Positions 23,833 to 38,194 are shown, numbered from the whole stretch's first letter. The stretch is DNA of 63,996 nucleotides, filler included, from Octopus bimaculoides (GCF_001194135.2; 6 parts of 6 records of this genome joined end to end with filler, not necessarily neighbours in it), one strand, 5' to 3'. A program made the numbers and translations. Notes: generated by a model from the sequence alone, not told the origin.

Positions 23833-26800
23833 GCACACACACACACACACACACACCCTAACACACACACACACTCACACGCACACACAAACATGCTGAG
23901 AGAAAAACTGAAAGAAAGGGGAACTTGGATATTTGAAATACAAATATATGACATATATATTTACATATAGATACATTTACAAAATGGCAGATTCAGTTAA
24001 GCATTTACAAAGATATTTGCCAATATATACGTACATATATATGGATAATGAGTCTATTTACATAAATTACCATGCATATTTTGTAGCTATTTAAGTGGAT
24101 GCATTTCGGTGTTTGTGTGTATATTTATAAATTACTTGTGTGTTAAGAGAGCTTTGTTTCAGTGCTAGAATTCACAACACAAAATATTTTATAGGTTAAT
24201 AGCCAACGCATTCATTGTCTAGATACATAGATGTATACACAGATAGTGTTGACCAAAAATCTATACACATTTTCGTTGTAGTAGAGAATAACATTTGTGC
24301 ATTCCTTTCTATCTTTGTATTGCTTTTCATTTAAAATAACCTTATTTTCGTCCTATATGAAAGTTTACATCTATATGCTTGTGTACATGCATATACTTAT
24401 ATATGTACGTGTTGTTTATTTATGTGTGGAAGTTCATCTTTATGTATATTAATGTATATATTGATAGGAATCTATGCGTTCGGAGTAATTTCAAAAGTTA
24501 AATTATGAAATATTCAAGCAGACGGTAAGGAGATAAGATATATCTAGAGGATGGAAATTTCACTTACTGACAAACGCGTTGTTGACTATACGATTGATAT
24601 AAAGTATTCCTAGAGGAAAAGAAAATTGAATAGAATTCTAGTTAATTGCTTCAGTATTTATAGTGTCGCCCTTGGGATATTGGATTTCATTCCGATCTAA
24701 CTTTGTTTTATTTTTAGTACCGTTAAAGGAATACAACGTAATTTTGTCGATATGATATCGCAACAGTACGAAAATATAAAAGCCGTGATTAATTCATGAT
24801 CATCTACAGCGAATGAATATTTCCCACAATACTGTATTTCTCTCATATAAATTATGGCGCAAGATATACTATTATGCATCGGCAAAAAGTCACTGCTATG
24901 TATTAGGTAAGATTAATTCAACAACTCATGACAAACAGAAACTCTCAGCTCGCAGTCTCGTCTATATATCTATTATATCAATGTTACAGCTATTTTGGCT
25001 TCCTCAGAGTTTGAGCTATACACCTGTTGCAGCCAAATCCACCTGTGATTCATTTCACATTATTCGCTATGTATATGACCTCTCACAGTTATACACAAAA
25101 CATTTTTACTAGTTATTCATCACAGAACTACAATTATTTTCAGTTAATTTGAAGCCCACTATTTACTTCCTTACCCACCAAGCGTTTGGCAACGAATCTT
25201 CGTACTGATCATAAAAGAATCCAACAGTTTCTCAGTAAGATTAAGTAGAATGCATTGCAAAAAGCTCCTTCTTTTTGTTACCATATTTTAGAAGATAACA
25301 CACACGCATGCGCGTACACACACATATTAATATAAGCAGAGAAACTGAGAAAGTGAGAGTGAGACAGACAGATACACAACTGCAGACACACACGCTAACA
25401 CACTAACACATATATAATCATGTTTAAATAATATTCGATGCTAGGCAGATATGCTCCGTAGAAACTGAGTTTATTTAATCTTCATAAAATTTACATGTGT
25501 CAAACATAGTGGGAGATACTTCAACATTTGTAACTGATATGCTCAATGAAAAAGAAGCTAGTTCTCTCAGGCTGGGTTATTTTATTCAATAATACATCGA
25601 AACGTGCGATAGTATGAAATTCTTTCATAGCAGGCTCATATGACTGTGACTTGAATCAATCACGTGCCACCGACGAGCCCGAATAAAATTTCTTTATTCC
25701 AGGCGTGTGAAGGTGCTACTGTGACATATGGAAACATCTCACTGTGGTAGATGACTGATTGGTTTGATGTTGTGTTAGTGAAAAAATTCAAGGAGTTAAC
25801 AGCTCGTCATTTTGTTGTTAGAGCTGTATTTCACTCATACAAATATATATTTATTCAAGAGGTACTGAATGTACAGAAAGTGCGCCATCAATATCAAAGC
25901 AGCTTTAAAATATGTGGCAGGAGGAGGACGAATGGTCTTGAAGACAATCTGTATGACCCATCATAAGTTATTATACTAAGACGATTGGCTCCTTCTCCTT
26001 TTTGCATTGCAAGGAATCAAACATACTCTTTTGGGTTATGACACAAACAAACAAACAAACAAACATGCACAGCACGTTGGTTATACCTATAAGGAATCAA
26101 ATTGACAAATGAACAAGAGAAATTTAGAATGAGTGTTTATTGAAGAAAAAACGAACTCAGAAAAGAACTATTAAAATGGATTTTTATTGTGACCAAATTG
26201 TTATAAATACTGTAATATAAGGTAATACTCACCATGAACAGTTATTTTAGATACTATCTATTAAGGACTGATGCCAAGCATTCCATATCTGTATTCGATA
26301 GTTGTATGCTTACAAAAACTCTTCGTTCAGCGCTTTTATACCGCTCATTTGTCGGTCAGTATAGATTGCTTGTTCCAGACAAACTAGTTCTGAAATGGAA
26401 TTTATCTCCTGGGCGCTGGTCTTCACAGGAAAACTAAATTTTTTTTCACTGGGAGAAAAAGAAAATAAAGTCATATTTTAAACAGAACCACAAAAACACA
26501 AAGCTTAGAACAATGAAAAATGGACTGTGGATGGCATCAGCATAATCGATTAAGAGTTTTGAATAGCTAGTTTTGGCAAATTGAGCAGTATTGTCGTAAA
26601 TTGATACAACATTGGCATGAAGCCGAATATTTTAATCCACCTAGCATTTCATTTGCATAATTTTATCGACAGACACAGGATGTCTAACAAGGCAAATTCG
26701 GCCACGGTGGGATTTCATCTGTGAATGTAAATGGATGTTACAACAACATTTCTGCAAGCTTCAACCGTTTATGTCGAATATTAATATCAAATCAATGGAA

Positions 26801-29800
26801 AATTATGTCTGAGGTCAATGTATATCATCTTTAGGGGGAATGAGAAAAAGAAGAAAGCGTAATATTCAGATGGACATTGACACATGGCTGTTTCTTGTTA
26901 ATTTAGCTCATGTTCTAAATGTGTTTGTCACATTTAGAATATTAATAAAGTTCAAATTTCTTTATAAAATTAATATGTATTAAATTGGTAATGCACCAAA
27001 CGACAGAATTATGGAGATTATAATGCTTAATCTACTATGCTCAACATGCAGATATCTTCGAAGTATTGTACCATGAAGAGTAAAAACAGACGAAATCCAC
27101 TTTCGCTTTCTCTGATGATGGCATGAAGGAACAATCACGTAATATGGTCAACTAGACGTTTATGGTATCACTTTATTTTTTATTCTTCTTTCTTATTATT
27201 ACTTCCTATAATGAGTATCAGCGTCTTTGACTATTCATTACCCAATCATATTAAAAGAAGCATATGACTAAAATTACCAAGATACAAAGACACATAGTTG
27301 AAATCGGATATGTACGTGCTTTTAATATTAACGCACAATTCTATCTTGTTCCTGTTCATTCGTTGGTGCAATTTGCCAGTAATAAGTATTAACCATTTAT
27401 GGTTAGAAAAGACAACGAAATAAGAAGGATTAAAACGAAAATAACTGATTACCTCTTCCATTACTCATTTCAATGTTTACATACTTTCTTTGTCCATAGA
27501 AAACCGGATACCAGTTCATCGTAAAAACAAGACTGGCATGGACGTCATGTTATCATCAGAAAACTTAATAAGCAAGTAAAAAGACAATGCTTTATTTCAG
27601 TTATTCTGTCGTAGATTAATTCAGTCGATTCCTTGCAGTTTCGCTCTCTTGAACTATCGAAGGATTCCTATGCACAAGTTAAGGAAGGTTACAATCTTTT
27701 CATTACAAACTTTTATCTTCTAGGGTTATATGGAATTAAGCTTTGACTCCAGCAAAAATAATCAAATCCAGAGTTGTTTTACTCGAATTATGCTCTGCAA
27801 TATTTTCTTTAATATTTTCTAGTATTATGAAGAATTTTTTTTATGTGGCATTATCTTTCACTGAGTTGCTGAGTTCAATCGCTGAAGAGAATTATTTTAT
27901 TTAGTTTGCCGTTAATTAATGCGTTTATCATGTTTGAGTAATATGATTTTCTTAGCGATGTGGTTTTTCAACCTAATACTGTTGGTTAGAACCAACGTTT
28001 CAAAGAATTTAACAAGAATAATATAAAATGAGTAAAAATTATGTGTAATTCTTTCGTTTATCTCTGTTAATTACGAATTCATCGAGATGTAAGAACGGAT
28101 TTTTCTTCACTTAGGTTTCTGACACATTACATATTGACATTTCTAAATAGAACATTTTCCCCTCGAACATGACCTGAAATATTGCTGGATGCCTTTTACT
28201 ACTTGTCTTTCATCATAACATTCCCTCTTTCTTCCTGCTATAAATAAGAAGTGACATTACATAATTCAAACTTTAGAACTATTTTAATGACATATTGACT
28301 ACAGACCAAGCGGATACGCACCAGATGTATTTGTTCTAATAGTCTTGGTATAATTCTGTCAATGAAAAGGCAGTGATTTCGAATTTAAAATAAATCAATA
28401 CATGTTTCTACATACTGACAACCGTAATCCTCACAGCCTTTCTAAAACTAACTTCCTGTCTCAAAATACTATCGCATCATTCCAAAGAATTTCGCTTTTA
28501 CATCTATCGGTTAGATTTCATTTTTGTATATCCGTCCACTGTAACAAGGTGACCCTAAGTCACAAACTTCAGCAATCAAACAATGCGTTGCATATCTGGG
28601 AGATTTTAAAGCGGTTATTATTAGATATTTGTGTGTCTGTTAAGGTAAATATCGTACATACTGTATGCATATAAAATTCAAATGAATGTATCAGCGCCCC
28701 TATTGCGCAGGCTATAGTCCAAACTTGCAAAGTCTGCTGAGAATATTTTGTAGAATATAGCATCATGTCAAATGCATAAATGTAATCCAAAATGACTAAC
28801 AGTCGTAATGACCCATTTAAGCCAATGGTTTCGGAAACTGTATCATATGAGTCTATTCTTTGATTTTTAACCCACTGATATTGTTATGTATAAAAGATGA
28901 ATAGTTTTTTTGCAAGAATAAAATAACGAGGTCTTAAAATTCTTTATATCTGTTGTTTTTCTAGAGAATCTTTTTATTATCCGTCTATTGATGGAGAGTG
29001 CAATGAGAACTTTTGAGATTACTGTAACATTATTTGATTTCATTTAATATTGATAGTTTAGTATTGATAAATATTAGAGCAGATTTAATAAAATAAATTA
29101 GTAAAGCAAACTGTGGAAATCAGTGAAATTATTGGCATTAATAGTTTCATAAGTGTGTTTGGGTAGAATTATTTTGAAAAAGAATCTCTTCATCTCTTGC
29201 GGTCAAGAATGTAGTCATAATGATCTTTCATCTTCCGCAACCAAGTAGCTTTTTTTTTTTTTTCAATAGATATAACTCTTTGTTGTAATATCATAAACAG
29301 TGTAGCGGAAGAGATTAGCTTTTAGAGCAAATAGTCCAGCAAAGTTACTTATCTTTGGAATTCATTGATTCTATATAACATAATTATTTCAAATTCTGGC
29401 AGGTTCTTATTCACATAACATTTTTCAGAGGTTAACAACATAAATGAACTAGTGAGGTATCGATTTCAATTAGATTAATAAATTAACCAAACGCATATCA
29501 CATAATACGTGACCCTGAGTCCAGTTAAAATTCACACCATAATTACTTGTACTCTATATTCCGAAGGAATAATATCTTTAAATCTTTAAAATGTTTCAGC
29601 TTCAAAGCCCTGGTCATGCTGGGACACCACCATTTTTTGCAGCGATTCTATGATAATCTGGAAAATGCATTAAATAATAACAAGACTTTCTGGAAATCAG
29701 CCGAGTATCATAGAGAAAATAGGTCAAGAAAAAACGCATGATTTCATTAAATGTTTCGTATAGGAAAGTTGCGTGTTGATAGATTGTATATCTCTGAAAC

Positions 29801-32800
29801 ATAGATATTCATGAGGGACTATAATTACGGACTGAACTACCACAGATCTCTGATATGGTATTTCAGGATGTTTTGATCATGAGTGTAAAACGTACAAAAT
29901 CAATTAGGGAAATTCTGCATGCTTGCTATGAATTGATTATGCCTCTAAGCTGCACAAATTATCTGATTTTCATTTTAACTTGTAAGGTATGTTTCTATTC
30001 GATGTGATCAACTTGAAGGTTTTGAAATGCACTGAACAGCTTATGATTATATGACTTCTTTGTGCTAAAATATACACCACCTTGTTGTAAATCGTGTATG
30101 TGGATTAATTATGATTCTGACGAAATAAAATGACATTAAATAATGGACATATCTTTATATACACATCGTGTTCTCTCACTGCTTTAAAGCAGAAAATGTA
30201 GTGTAAATGAGAGGAAAAGTTACATTATTGGCAAAATTCTCCGCACTATTTGACCTAGCTCTTTAAATCTGAGTTCATTTTAGTCAGACTTGTCTTTCAA
30301 CCTTTAAGTCTCATCAAAATAGAATAGAAATCAAGTACTGTGTTGATTGAAGCAGCCATCCCCATTCATTTAAAATCAGCTGGCCTTGTGTTTAAACAAT
30401 TATTTGGGTACAACCTTTGTGCTCTGAGTTCAACTCCCATTGGGTTTGATTGTACGTTTTGAACATTTCAACTCTCAGAAGAATAAACACCTACAGTGAA
30501 GGTATTGGTCCGATAGAATGGATTCTTCCACCAAGTAGCACTTCCAATGAAAACAAAAAAAAAAAAATGATCATTACAGATGAATATTTATTCATTGATA
30601 AACCTGCTCACAGAATAGTTAACCTGCTGTCTATTTCGTCTGTGCTGATTCTTGAGATCAATAGACCGTAACGATAATAATGGCTTCTAATTTAGGTACA
30701 AGATCACCGATGTCAGTGATTGACGGGATTGATCAACATTTTGATAACAAGGAAGAGATTAATAAACAGATTGTTTTAAATTCAGTGATGTTACATAACA
30801 TGCTTAGTTGAAATTCTGCCAAGTTCCTTTTCATATTAGATTAACAGCAGAAATGTACTAGTGAGGTAACAATGTCAAGGGGATGAAATTTGTTAATTAC
30901 AATTCCCACGATCCTTGAGTGCTATATTATTGACTGATTTCAATTTTGTCGAACCGGCAATGACAAGTATTGATACTCAACGGCAAACTGTGCTTTGCGT
31001 TGAATATCTGCTTATATTTTCGTGGAAGCTTATTATGATTAACCCTGTATTAAACTAAGAAGAAATGTACAGAATTTTTAAATTATGTGTTGACAAACAA
31101 CAGTCTGTCTTTAAAAGCATATTTATTTTCTTCTATAAAATCAATTAAATCATGGTCTATCATGAAATATTCTTAAGGTCAAACGAAATATAATCTCATA
31201 TATAGAATTTGTTAATAAAGCGCTCTTATACAAAACATTTTTATTGCAAAATTAAATATCTATATAAACAAAAATATTTTAAAATCAATGTGTTTATCAC
31301 GAAATCCATTTGCAACAAGATTAAATTTTGTTTCAATATGGAAAATATGGATTGCAATAGAACTGGCTATGGAATATAAAATTACCTTTCCCCGATATAC
31401 ATAATGAAAAACATTCCTCTTTCTATGTTGGCAATACAACAAACGCTCTTTTCCGTGATTTATTTAGAGGGCTGAGATTGGAAGAACATATATGGTAATA
31501 TCTAGTTCTATTCTTCTCTATTCGAATTTCTTAATCCAACAATGTCGACTTTAATTTTCACTGATGAAAATATAAGTGGAAGATATCTTCTCTGGACATA
31601 TTTATAGAACTGCTATTGTCAGAAAATGTAAACAGCACATTGGGTAATGCCAATGATTGCACATTTCTGTTGGTTATTAAACTATTGTAAAAAGAATAGG
31701 ACAGTATATCAGTTATAAATAAGTTTTAATGAAGCTCATCTAAATTGCAAAGTTTATGCAGCGTGGTTATTTGATTTATGTCTAATGTTTAATTCTGTTG
31801 CTAACTGGGTGGGGGGACATATATATCTCTTGAGATTGACAGAATCAAATTGATTTCAAAACTTGTAAGACGTTTCAGCTTAAAGTTACTAAAAAATCAC
31901 ATAAAAATAGATTTAATAAAAATAGGTTTATCATCTGTACCTCTGCATATGCTTGTTATCGATCTCACAATGCAATTATACGTCCTCTCTCTTTTGCTAC
32001 ACTTAATGTGTAATGTATGTACTATTATTCGTTAATACATGGGCCGGCGTTGCCTTATGGTAAGAAGCTTGTTCCCCAACCACATGGTTTCGAGTTCAGT
32101 CGATTTTCATCTCTGTTCACAAAGTATTCATCTTCATTTCAAGGCAACTAGTCCATGTGTGTCCACGGTAGACGATTATGAGCCACTTTGGCCAAATATC
32201 TTTCATATCGCAAAACGTGATTCTTAAATAAAAGGCACCGAATAATGTAGCATTCATATTAATCAAACAGAGATGGTTCTGATTTTTAAATCTGCTAATT
32301 CAGCTTTGGCCTTGGGGTAAACAACAATATTGCATTATCTTCTAGAATTTTCGAATCACTGGAATCAAAATATATTTCAACTTCACTATGGCAATTAAAA
32401 GCGATATGAAATTGAATGAATTCAGTAAAAAGGAAAAAGACAAAAGATAATTATATTTAATTAAACTCCATCATTATTATATTGTTTTTGTTTTTGATAT
32501 ATTGTTCTAGCCACATATCTTCGTATTAAAACACAAATATACCTAAAGCAATATGCTAAATATTTTCAATCTACAGACATTATTTCGATTATAATGTATA
32601 ATTTTCTTAGAAATAAAAGTATGTCAAATTTTTTCTTGTCGGTTAGAAATTGTCCGATTAATATAAAAATGATATAAATTAGAAAAATTATGTATAACAG
32701 TAAAATGAAAAATAACAACAAATATGATATAAAAAATGTCGTTATCTGACGTGTAACATAACACTACACTCTAATAAATAAAATATCACCTGAAACTATT

Positions 32801-33322
32801 GAAATTAACAAAAAAGAAATTATATTTTGCATAATGTTCATAATAACGCTTTAAATTTAAATGTGAGTAAAAATCCCACAGACATCGGTGGAATTGCAAT
32901 TTCTTAGCATTGGCCTATCTATACCACTTTCCCAGCTATACCGGTAACAGCGTAAAGAAGATGTGTCTCCTATAATTTCGGTTTGCTCCGTCCCGTCGTC
33001 TGTTTCAAAGATTACACATAGAATATTATATATATTCTCTGCACTAAGGGAAATGATTTCACATAAAATATCTGCATGATTTGTTTACCTAACTTTCTTT
33101 GGATGGAAGGAGGAAAGTTTCTGTCCCATTGGCAATGCACATATCTTACCCGTTATTTCTCACAAACATTTGTAACAGATTGCGATAAAGTCTTCAGAAG
33201 AATATACTATCAGAATTTCCCACTTTTCTTTTTAATGAACGTTTATAAAGAAAAGTGTTTCGTTATTCATATCTATTTATGTGGTGCTATGCTTATGATA
33301 CGATATTGTCAAACGTGTTGTA

Positions 33323-33383
33323 AGGAAGGAAGGAAGGATTGAAGGAATGAAGGAAGGAAGGAAGAAAGGAAGGAAGGAAGGAA
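33323..33383. repeat. (GAAG)n microsatellite
   Basis: Direct reading of the sequence. Confidence 0.9.
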
Positions 33384-33384
33384 G

Positions 33385-33625
33385 ACACCCCCTTGGTCAC
33401 AAATGACCATGGGAGTGAACGTAGAATGTTCTCCTTCGAAGCATAAATCCGGGTAAGTTTTCTTGTGGAATACTACCAGCCGCCGATCCATGCCCATCCC
33501 TCTTATCCACGCCTCCTATTTTGCTGGAGTAACGTGAGAATAAAGTGCCTTGCTCAAGAACGCACCACACAACCCAGTCCGAGAATTCAACCCGATGCCC
33601 TAACCACGTAACCATGCGCTTTCAT
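33385..33625 (-). mobile_element. tRNA-derived SINE with V-domain-like motif
   Basis: Minus strand GAAAGCGCATGGTTACGTGGTTAGGGCA..GTTGAATTCTC..CTTGAGCAAGGCACTTTA. Confidence 0.6.
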
Positions 33626-34003
33626 ATGTTATAAATGAAGCTGCATTTTACTTCTGGGTCTTATCTTTCTCTTGATTGTCTGCCATGTACTTGTGTGATC
33701 ATGCACATATTTGTTTTACATTCTACATACTGTAATTGTTCTGAAAGTTGAATTCAAAGACAAAGAAGCGACTGTATTCATTGGAAGGAAAGTGTTGGGG
33801 GTGTGCATTACATTTAGACGCCAAAATCCCACTTTCTTTAAATCCCGTGGGAGTAAAAATTGTTCAGAAAGGTCCTTCTATTATATAAAATACAAATTGA
33901 AAATGACATCCTTCAAAAAACACTCGTACCGGAATTTTAGCAAGGCTAACAAAATGTCAGCAAGAAATAGTGATAATAACAATAATAACAAAAGCAACTA
34001 TAC

Positions 34004-34120
34004 GAAGAAGAAGAAAAGGAAGAAGAAGAAGAAGAAGAAGAAGAAGAAGAAGAAGAAGAAGAAGAAGAAGAAGAAGAAGAAGAAGAAGAAGAAGAAGAAG
34101 AAGAAGAAGAAGAAGAAGAA
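34004..34120. repeat. (GAA)n trinucleotide tract
   Basis: Direct reading; source of the poly-K, poly-R and poly-L ORFs in the track. Confidence 0.95.
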
Positions 34121-35889
34121 GCGTAAGATGGAGGAGGAGGAGGGGAGCAGCAGCAGGATGAGGAACGAGTGGTTTAGGGTGACGATAGGAATGCAAATAG
34201 TGAAGTGATAAAATAGTATACAGAGCCAAAAATGAAAGGCTTATGCTTTCAACAGATGATATGTGTCTTCTCTCTAAAAAGCATCAAACGAAGTACTATA
34301 CATGTAGTAACAGGAGACTCGGTAGAGATGTGTCCAGCATCTAATAACAGTATTCTCTGTCCATCAAGTCTTAGCTAAGAGAGAAATATCAATATACACT
34401 GAAACATGTGCCAACAATATGAAATACATACCCAAATGACTTGATACAAAATTTCACTGAGAGATGACAATGAGATCGTACACAAACATAGGTCAATATA
34501 CACAAGTAGGAGTTTCAAGCTTCATCGACCTGATATTGTTATCATGATTTTCCATAATGAAATATTAGTCTCAACAGTTGATAATTGATGTATTAAACAA
34601 ATCAAGAAATTATTCAAACTTTCTAGAAACAGTGATGAGCGCTGAAAACAGTAAAATCCCTATGAAAATTGGTACGTTGAAAAGAAACTTGCAACTAAAA
34701 AATATAAGACAAACACGTCTGAATTTACAAACATAAAAACGATTTACACGTCGAAGGTACGCAGCAATAAATAATAAGCAGGAACAACAGTGCCAAGATG
34801 TATAGGTTTCGTCAATGGTAGTTTGATCGTTTGTAGTTATCTATATACACGTGTATAAGTTTCAGGATTGAGAGTAGTCAGTGTGTGTAATTCTGTATAA
34901 GGCAAAAATGAATAAATGCGATTCATAGTGAACGGAAACAGCTATTGATGAGACACGAGGAAGGTCAGGTTCAGTTTGAAAATGAGTGATTACTTCTGAA
35001 GTCACCTTCGCGGAATTGGTCAGAAAAGTGATATGGAATATCAGAAGTGTTATCAAGAGCTTTCAATCAGATGACTTATGAAGTTTTTTTTGCCTGGTGA
35101 CGGCAAATTTTAATATACAATACTAAGTTCTTATTTAACAGAGGATATAACATTGGTTCAGGTACACCTACATTTGCAAGCAACCTAGCAGGTACGTAAA
35201 GGAATGCGTGCCTTTGTGGTTTTAGTAGAGTTGCATGGAAAGATAGTAATTCACACTAAAGGAACAGAGATAGTCAGATGTTCCAGGCTATACGCAATTC
35301 AGACAATATTGAAGGTGTGAACTTCTACCTATGCTATTGCATATACTACGGTATTGGGTCTGTAAGAGGTGTACGGGGTGCGTAGCAATGATGATTGGGC
35401 TTTTATCGGAAATTAAATAGGTCGGCGATCTCATTTAGGTCACTGCGTCGGTGGAAGCATTGAGAAAGTGTGAATACCGTCTGTAGCTGTGTAAATGAGC
35501 GACTCATTGGTGGAGGAATGACTAGATACTTTGGGGCTTAGGGAATTGTAGTGTCATAGTATCTTATATCCTACATTGTTTAATTTGGTATGACATTTTA
35601 ACAAACTCAGTGGTTATGAAGTTCTAATGAGGCAGTTCATTATCATATCAAAAGCATTTCAGCTCCTTTTAAAATAGAACGTATCTTGTACCACAATGTT
35701 AAGCAAACAATAGGGACAAGCTACATTAATCATTATCGCATTTGTACATCCTTCATTTTTAATATGATCAGTGCGACTGCTGTTTCTAANNNNNNNNNNN
35801 NNNNNNNNNNNNNNNNNNNNNNNNNNNNNNNNNTTAATTAATTAANNNNNNNNNNNNNNNNNNNNNNNNNNNNNNNNNNNNNNNNNNNN

Positions 35890-36235
35890 AGAATAATTCC
35901 TGATATAAATAAGACAATCGTCCCTATATTAACCACCCCTAACCATAGGAAATTGATCAGCCAATTCATACAAAATATAGGAACCCACAACATCCGCTAT
36001 TTGAGCTGAGTCAGAACTTTCCATAAGAACATCGAAAGCATTAGGAGTATCTTTACGAATCCAAATCTTATCATTAAAAGAAATAAAGGACTTCCGAGCA
36101 GCTAACACTACTTCTATTTCATCCCTAGTAAGCCCTGTCTTGTTATGAAAGAACCAAAGAGCCTTATTAAGTACGCTAGGGTTAATAGAAGCATAAAAAT
36201 TAGAAATATCAAACTGTATAAATTTAAGACTTGGT
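35890..36235 (-). mobile_element. Penelope-like reverse transcriptase core fragment
   Basis: Manual translation KFIQFDISNFYASINPSVLNKAL..ARKSFISFNDKIWIRKD..FDVLMESSDSAQIADVVGSYILYEL..GG*YRDDCL. RT motifs A, B and YRDD are in frame with a single TAA; runs into a gap. Confidence 0.85.
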
Positions 36236-36244
36236 CAGCCTGAG

Positions 36245-36530
36245 GAAGAGGAAGTGGAAGACACTTGTCGCACAGTGGGATTGAACCCAGAACCATATAG
36301 CTGGGAAGCAAGCTTCTTACCACTACACAGCCATGCCTGTACCTGCATATATATGTATAAATATATATGATTGTCTTTCACACAGTTTCTGTTTACTAAA
36401 TTCACTCACAAGGGATTGGTCAGTCAGGGGATTTAGTAGAAGACATTAGCCCAAGGTGCAGCACAGTGGGACAAAACCCCAAACCATGTTTCAAAGTAAA
36501 TTTCTTAACCAAACATCCATGCCACCATGT
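36245..36530 (-). mobile_element. Two SINE family A head halves
   Basis: Repeated AGAAGACAC/ATT..CAGTGGGA..AACCC..AACCAT..CTT..CC motifs. Confidence 0.7.
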
Positions 36531-36604
36531 ACATTTTTATTTTACGTTTTCTATGGCTGGATGCCCTTCCTAACCCATTGATATAGTGGACTGGGTATAT
36601 TTGC

Positions 36605-36770
36605 TGGCAGAATCATTAGCACAGTGGCGAAATGCTTAGCAGTATTTCATCCGTCTTCAGGTTTTAAGTTCAAATACCTCTGCGGTTGACTTTGACTTTC
36701 AGCCTTTCGAGGTCGATAAATTAAGGACCAGTGATCTCATATCAAGTGCATGACCTTGCATGTGGGGCCC
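36605..36770 (+). mobile_element. SINE family B
   Basis: GCTGGCAGAATCATTAGCAC..GCGAAATGCTTAGCAGTATTTC head and core. Confidence 0.75.
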
Positions 36771-37135
36771 AGTTAGAATTTCCTTCAGGTTGAGTAGCCC
36801 ATCCCACTCAAATGGTCCTTGAATGGGGGGTGTTTAAGGATGTTGAATGAAACACCCATGTTTCCAGAGGTGAATTATTCAAACCCCAAAGAATTCCTCT
36901 CAACACATGGCTATGATGCTCCCCCACTACTTCTGCTCGTGATCTGAAATGCACATATCGTCAGCCATTGAGGGACATGCTCAACTGGTTAAGGTTAAAC
37001 AACTGACAAGTGAATCTATGGTATTGAGCAGAATATTTGCTGTAGCCCATCTTTTATACCAAGACAAAACAATGTAAATGATAACACTTCCAATCAGTTA
37101 AAATGAGAAGCCATGAGAGCCACTGCCTCGTACTG
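36770..37135. repeat. Unclassified GC-richer putative interspersed repeat
   Basis: Composition contrasts with the flanks and it sits between SINEs; family not identifiable from this window. Confidence 0.3.
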
Positions 37136-37174
37136 CATCGTCATCATCGTCATCATTATCATTATTATTATTAT

Positions 37175-37890
37175 TATTAAGAAGGTGACAAGCTGGCAGA
37201 GTCGTTAGCACATTGGACAAAATGCTGAGCAGTATTTCACCTGTCGCTATGTTCTGAGGTCGACTTTGCCTTTCATCCTGTAATTGATCAGTCTCCTCCC
37301 TACAAATTTCAGGCCTTATGCCTTTAGTAGAAAGGATTATTATTATTGTTATTATGGCAGCAAGCTGGCAGAATCATTAGCATGCCGGGCAAAATGCTTA
37401 GTGGCATTTCATCCATGTTTACATTCTGAGTTCAAATTCTGCCAAGTTCGACTTTGCCTTTCATCCTTTCGGGATTGATAAAATAAGAATGAGTTGAGCA
37501 CTGGGGTCGATGCAATTGACTTACCCACTCCCTTCCAAATTGCTGGCCTTGTGCCAAAATTTGAAACTATTATTATTATTATTATTGTTATTCAGGTGTT
37601 GGATTGACAGGATTAGTAGAATGGTGTAGGGAATGCATTATAATATCTCCTTCCTGAATTTAAATCTGCTGGGGACGACAATAAAATCCTTTCTACAAAT
37701 AGGCTCAAGGCCTGAAATTTTGGGGGAGGGGGTTAATTGTTGACATCAGCCCGTGTTCAAATGGCACTTGTTTTATTGATCCCACCCCCCCAAGCCAACT
37801 TCAGTGGAATTTGAACTCAGAATGTAGAGATGAACAAAATGCATTTTGTCCAACATGCTAACAGTTCTACCAGCTCATTGTTTTTTGGGG
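37175..37890. mobile_element. SINE family B cluster (plus copies 37175-37340 and 37355-37570; minus copy about 37690-37890)
   Basis: Family B heads, cores and tails separated by (ATT)n; the last copy is inverted. Confidence 0.8.
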
Positions 37891-37993
37891 GGGGACCAAT
37901 AAAATAAGTACCAATAAAGTATCACCTCTTTAAGAAATTATTACTATGATTTTTATTTTCGTGCCTCTTTTATTTTTCTGTTATTTATTTCAG

Positions 37994-38122
37994 ATTTGCC
38001 AGATTCATCTCATTGCTTTCCAAATAATCCATGTGAGCAGCTATGCTTTGCTACTCACAGTTCAGTTCGGTGTTCCTGTCATAAGGGGTATGAAATTAAT
38101 CCAGACGGAAAGACTTGCACCG
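37994..38122 (+). CDS. Internal exon encoding an EGF-like domain, fibulin-1/2-like (partial gene)
   Basis: Strong acceptor ttatttatttcag and donor G/gtatgt; 129 bp, phase 1-1. Peptide (D)LPDSSHCFPNNPCEQLCFATHSSVRCSCHKGYEINPDGKTCT has six Cys spaced 5,3,8,1,12, as in the first EGF of fibulin-1/2, plus the CSC..GY..DG..C motif. Confidence 0.88.
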
Positions 38123-38194
38123 GTATGTATAGATGTATGGATATATTCTGTTTGTGTCTGTATGCTACAGGTGTTGATATACACACAAATTACA

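Noticed and set aside
26375-26460. MEFISWALVFT.. as a signal-peptide exon
   Set aside because: There is no GT donor after the hydrophobic stretch, and the frame stops soon after.
33711-34229. Poly-Lys, poly-Arg and poly-Leu ORFs
   Set aside because: Produced by the (GAA)n tract; the flanks have no splice signals or domain features.
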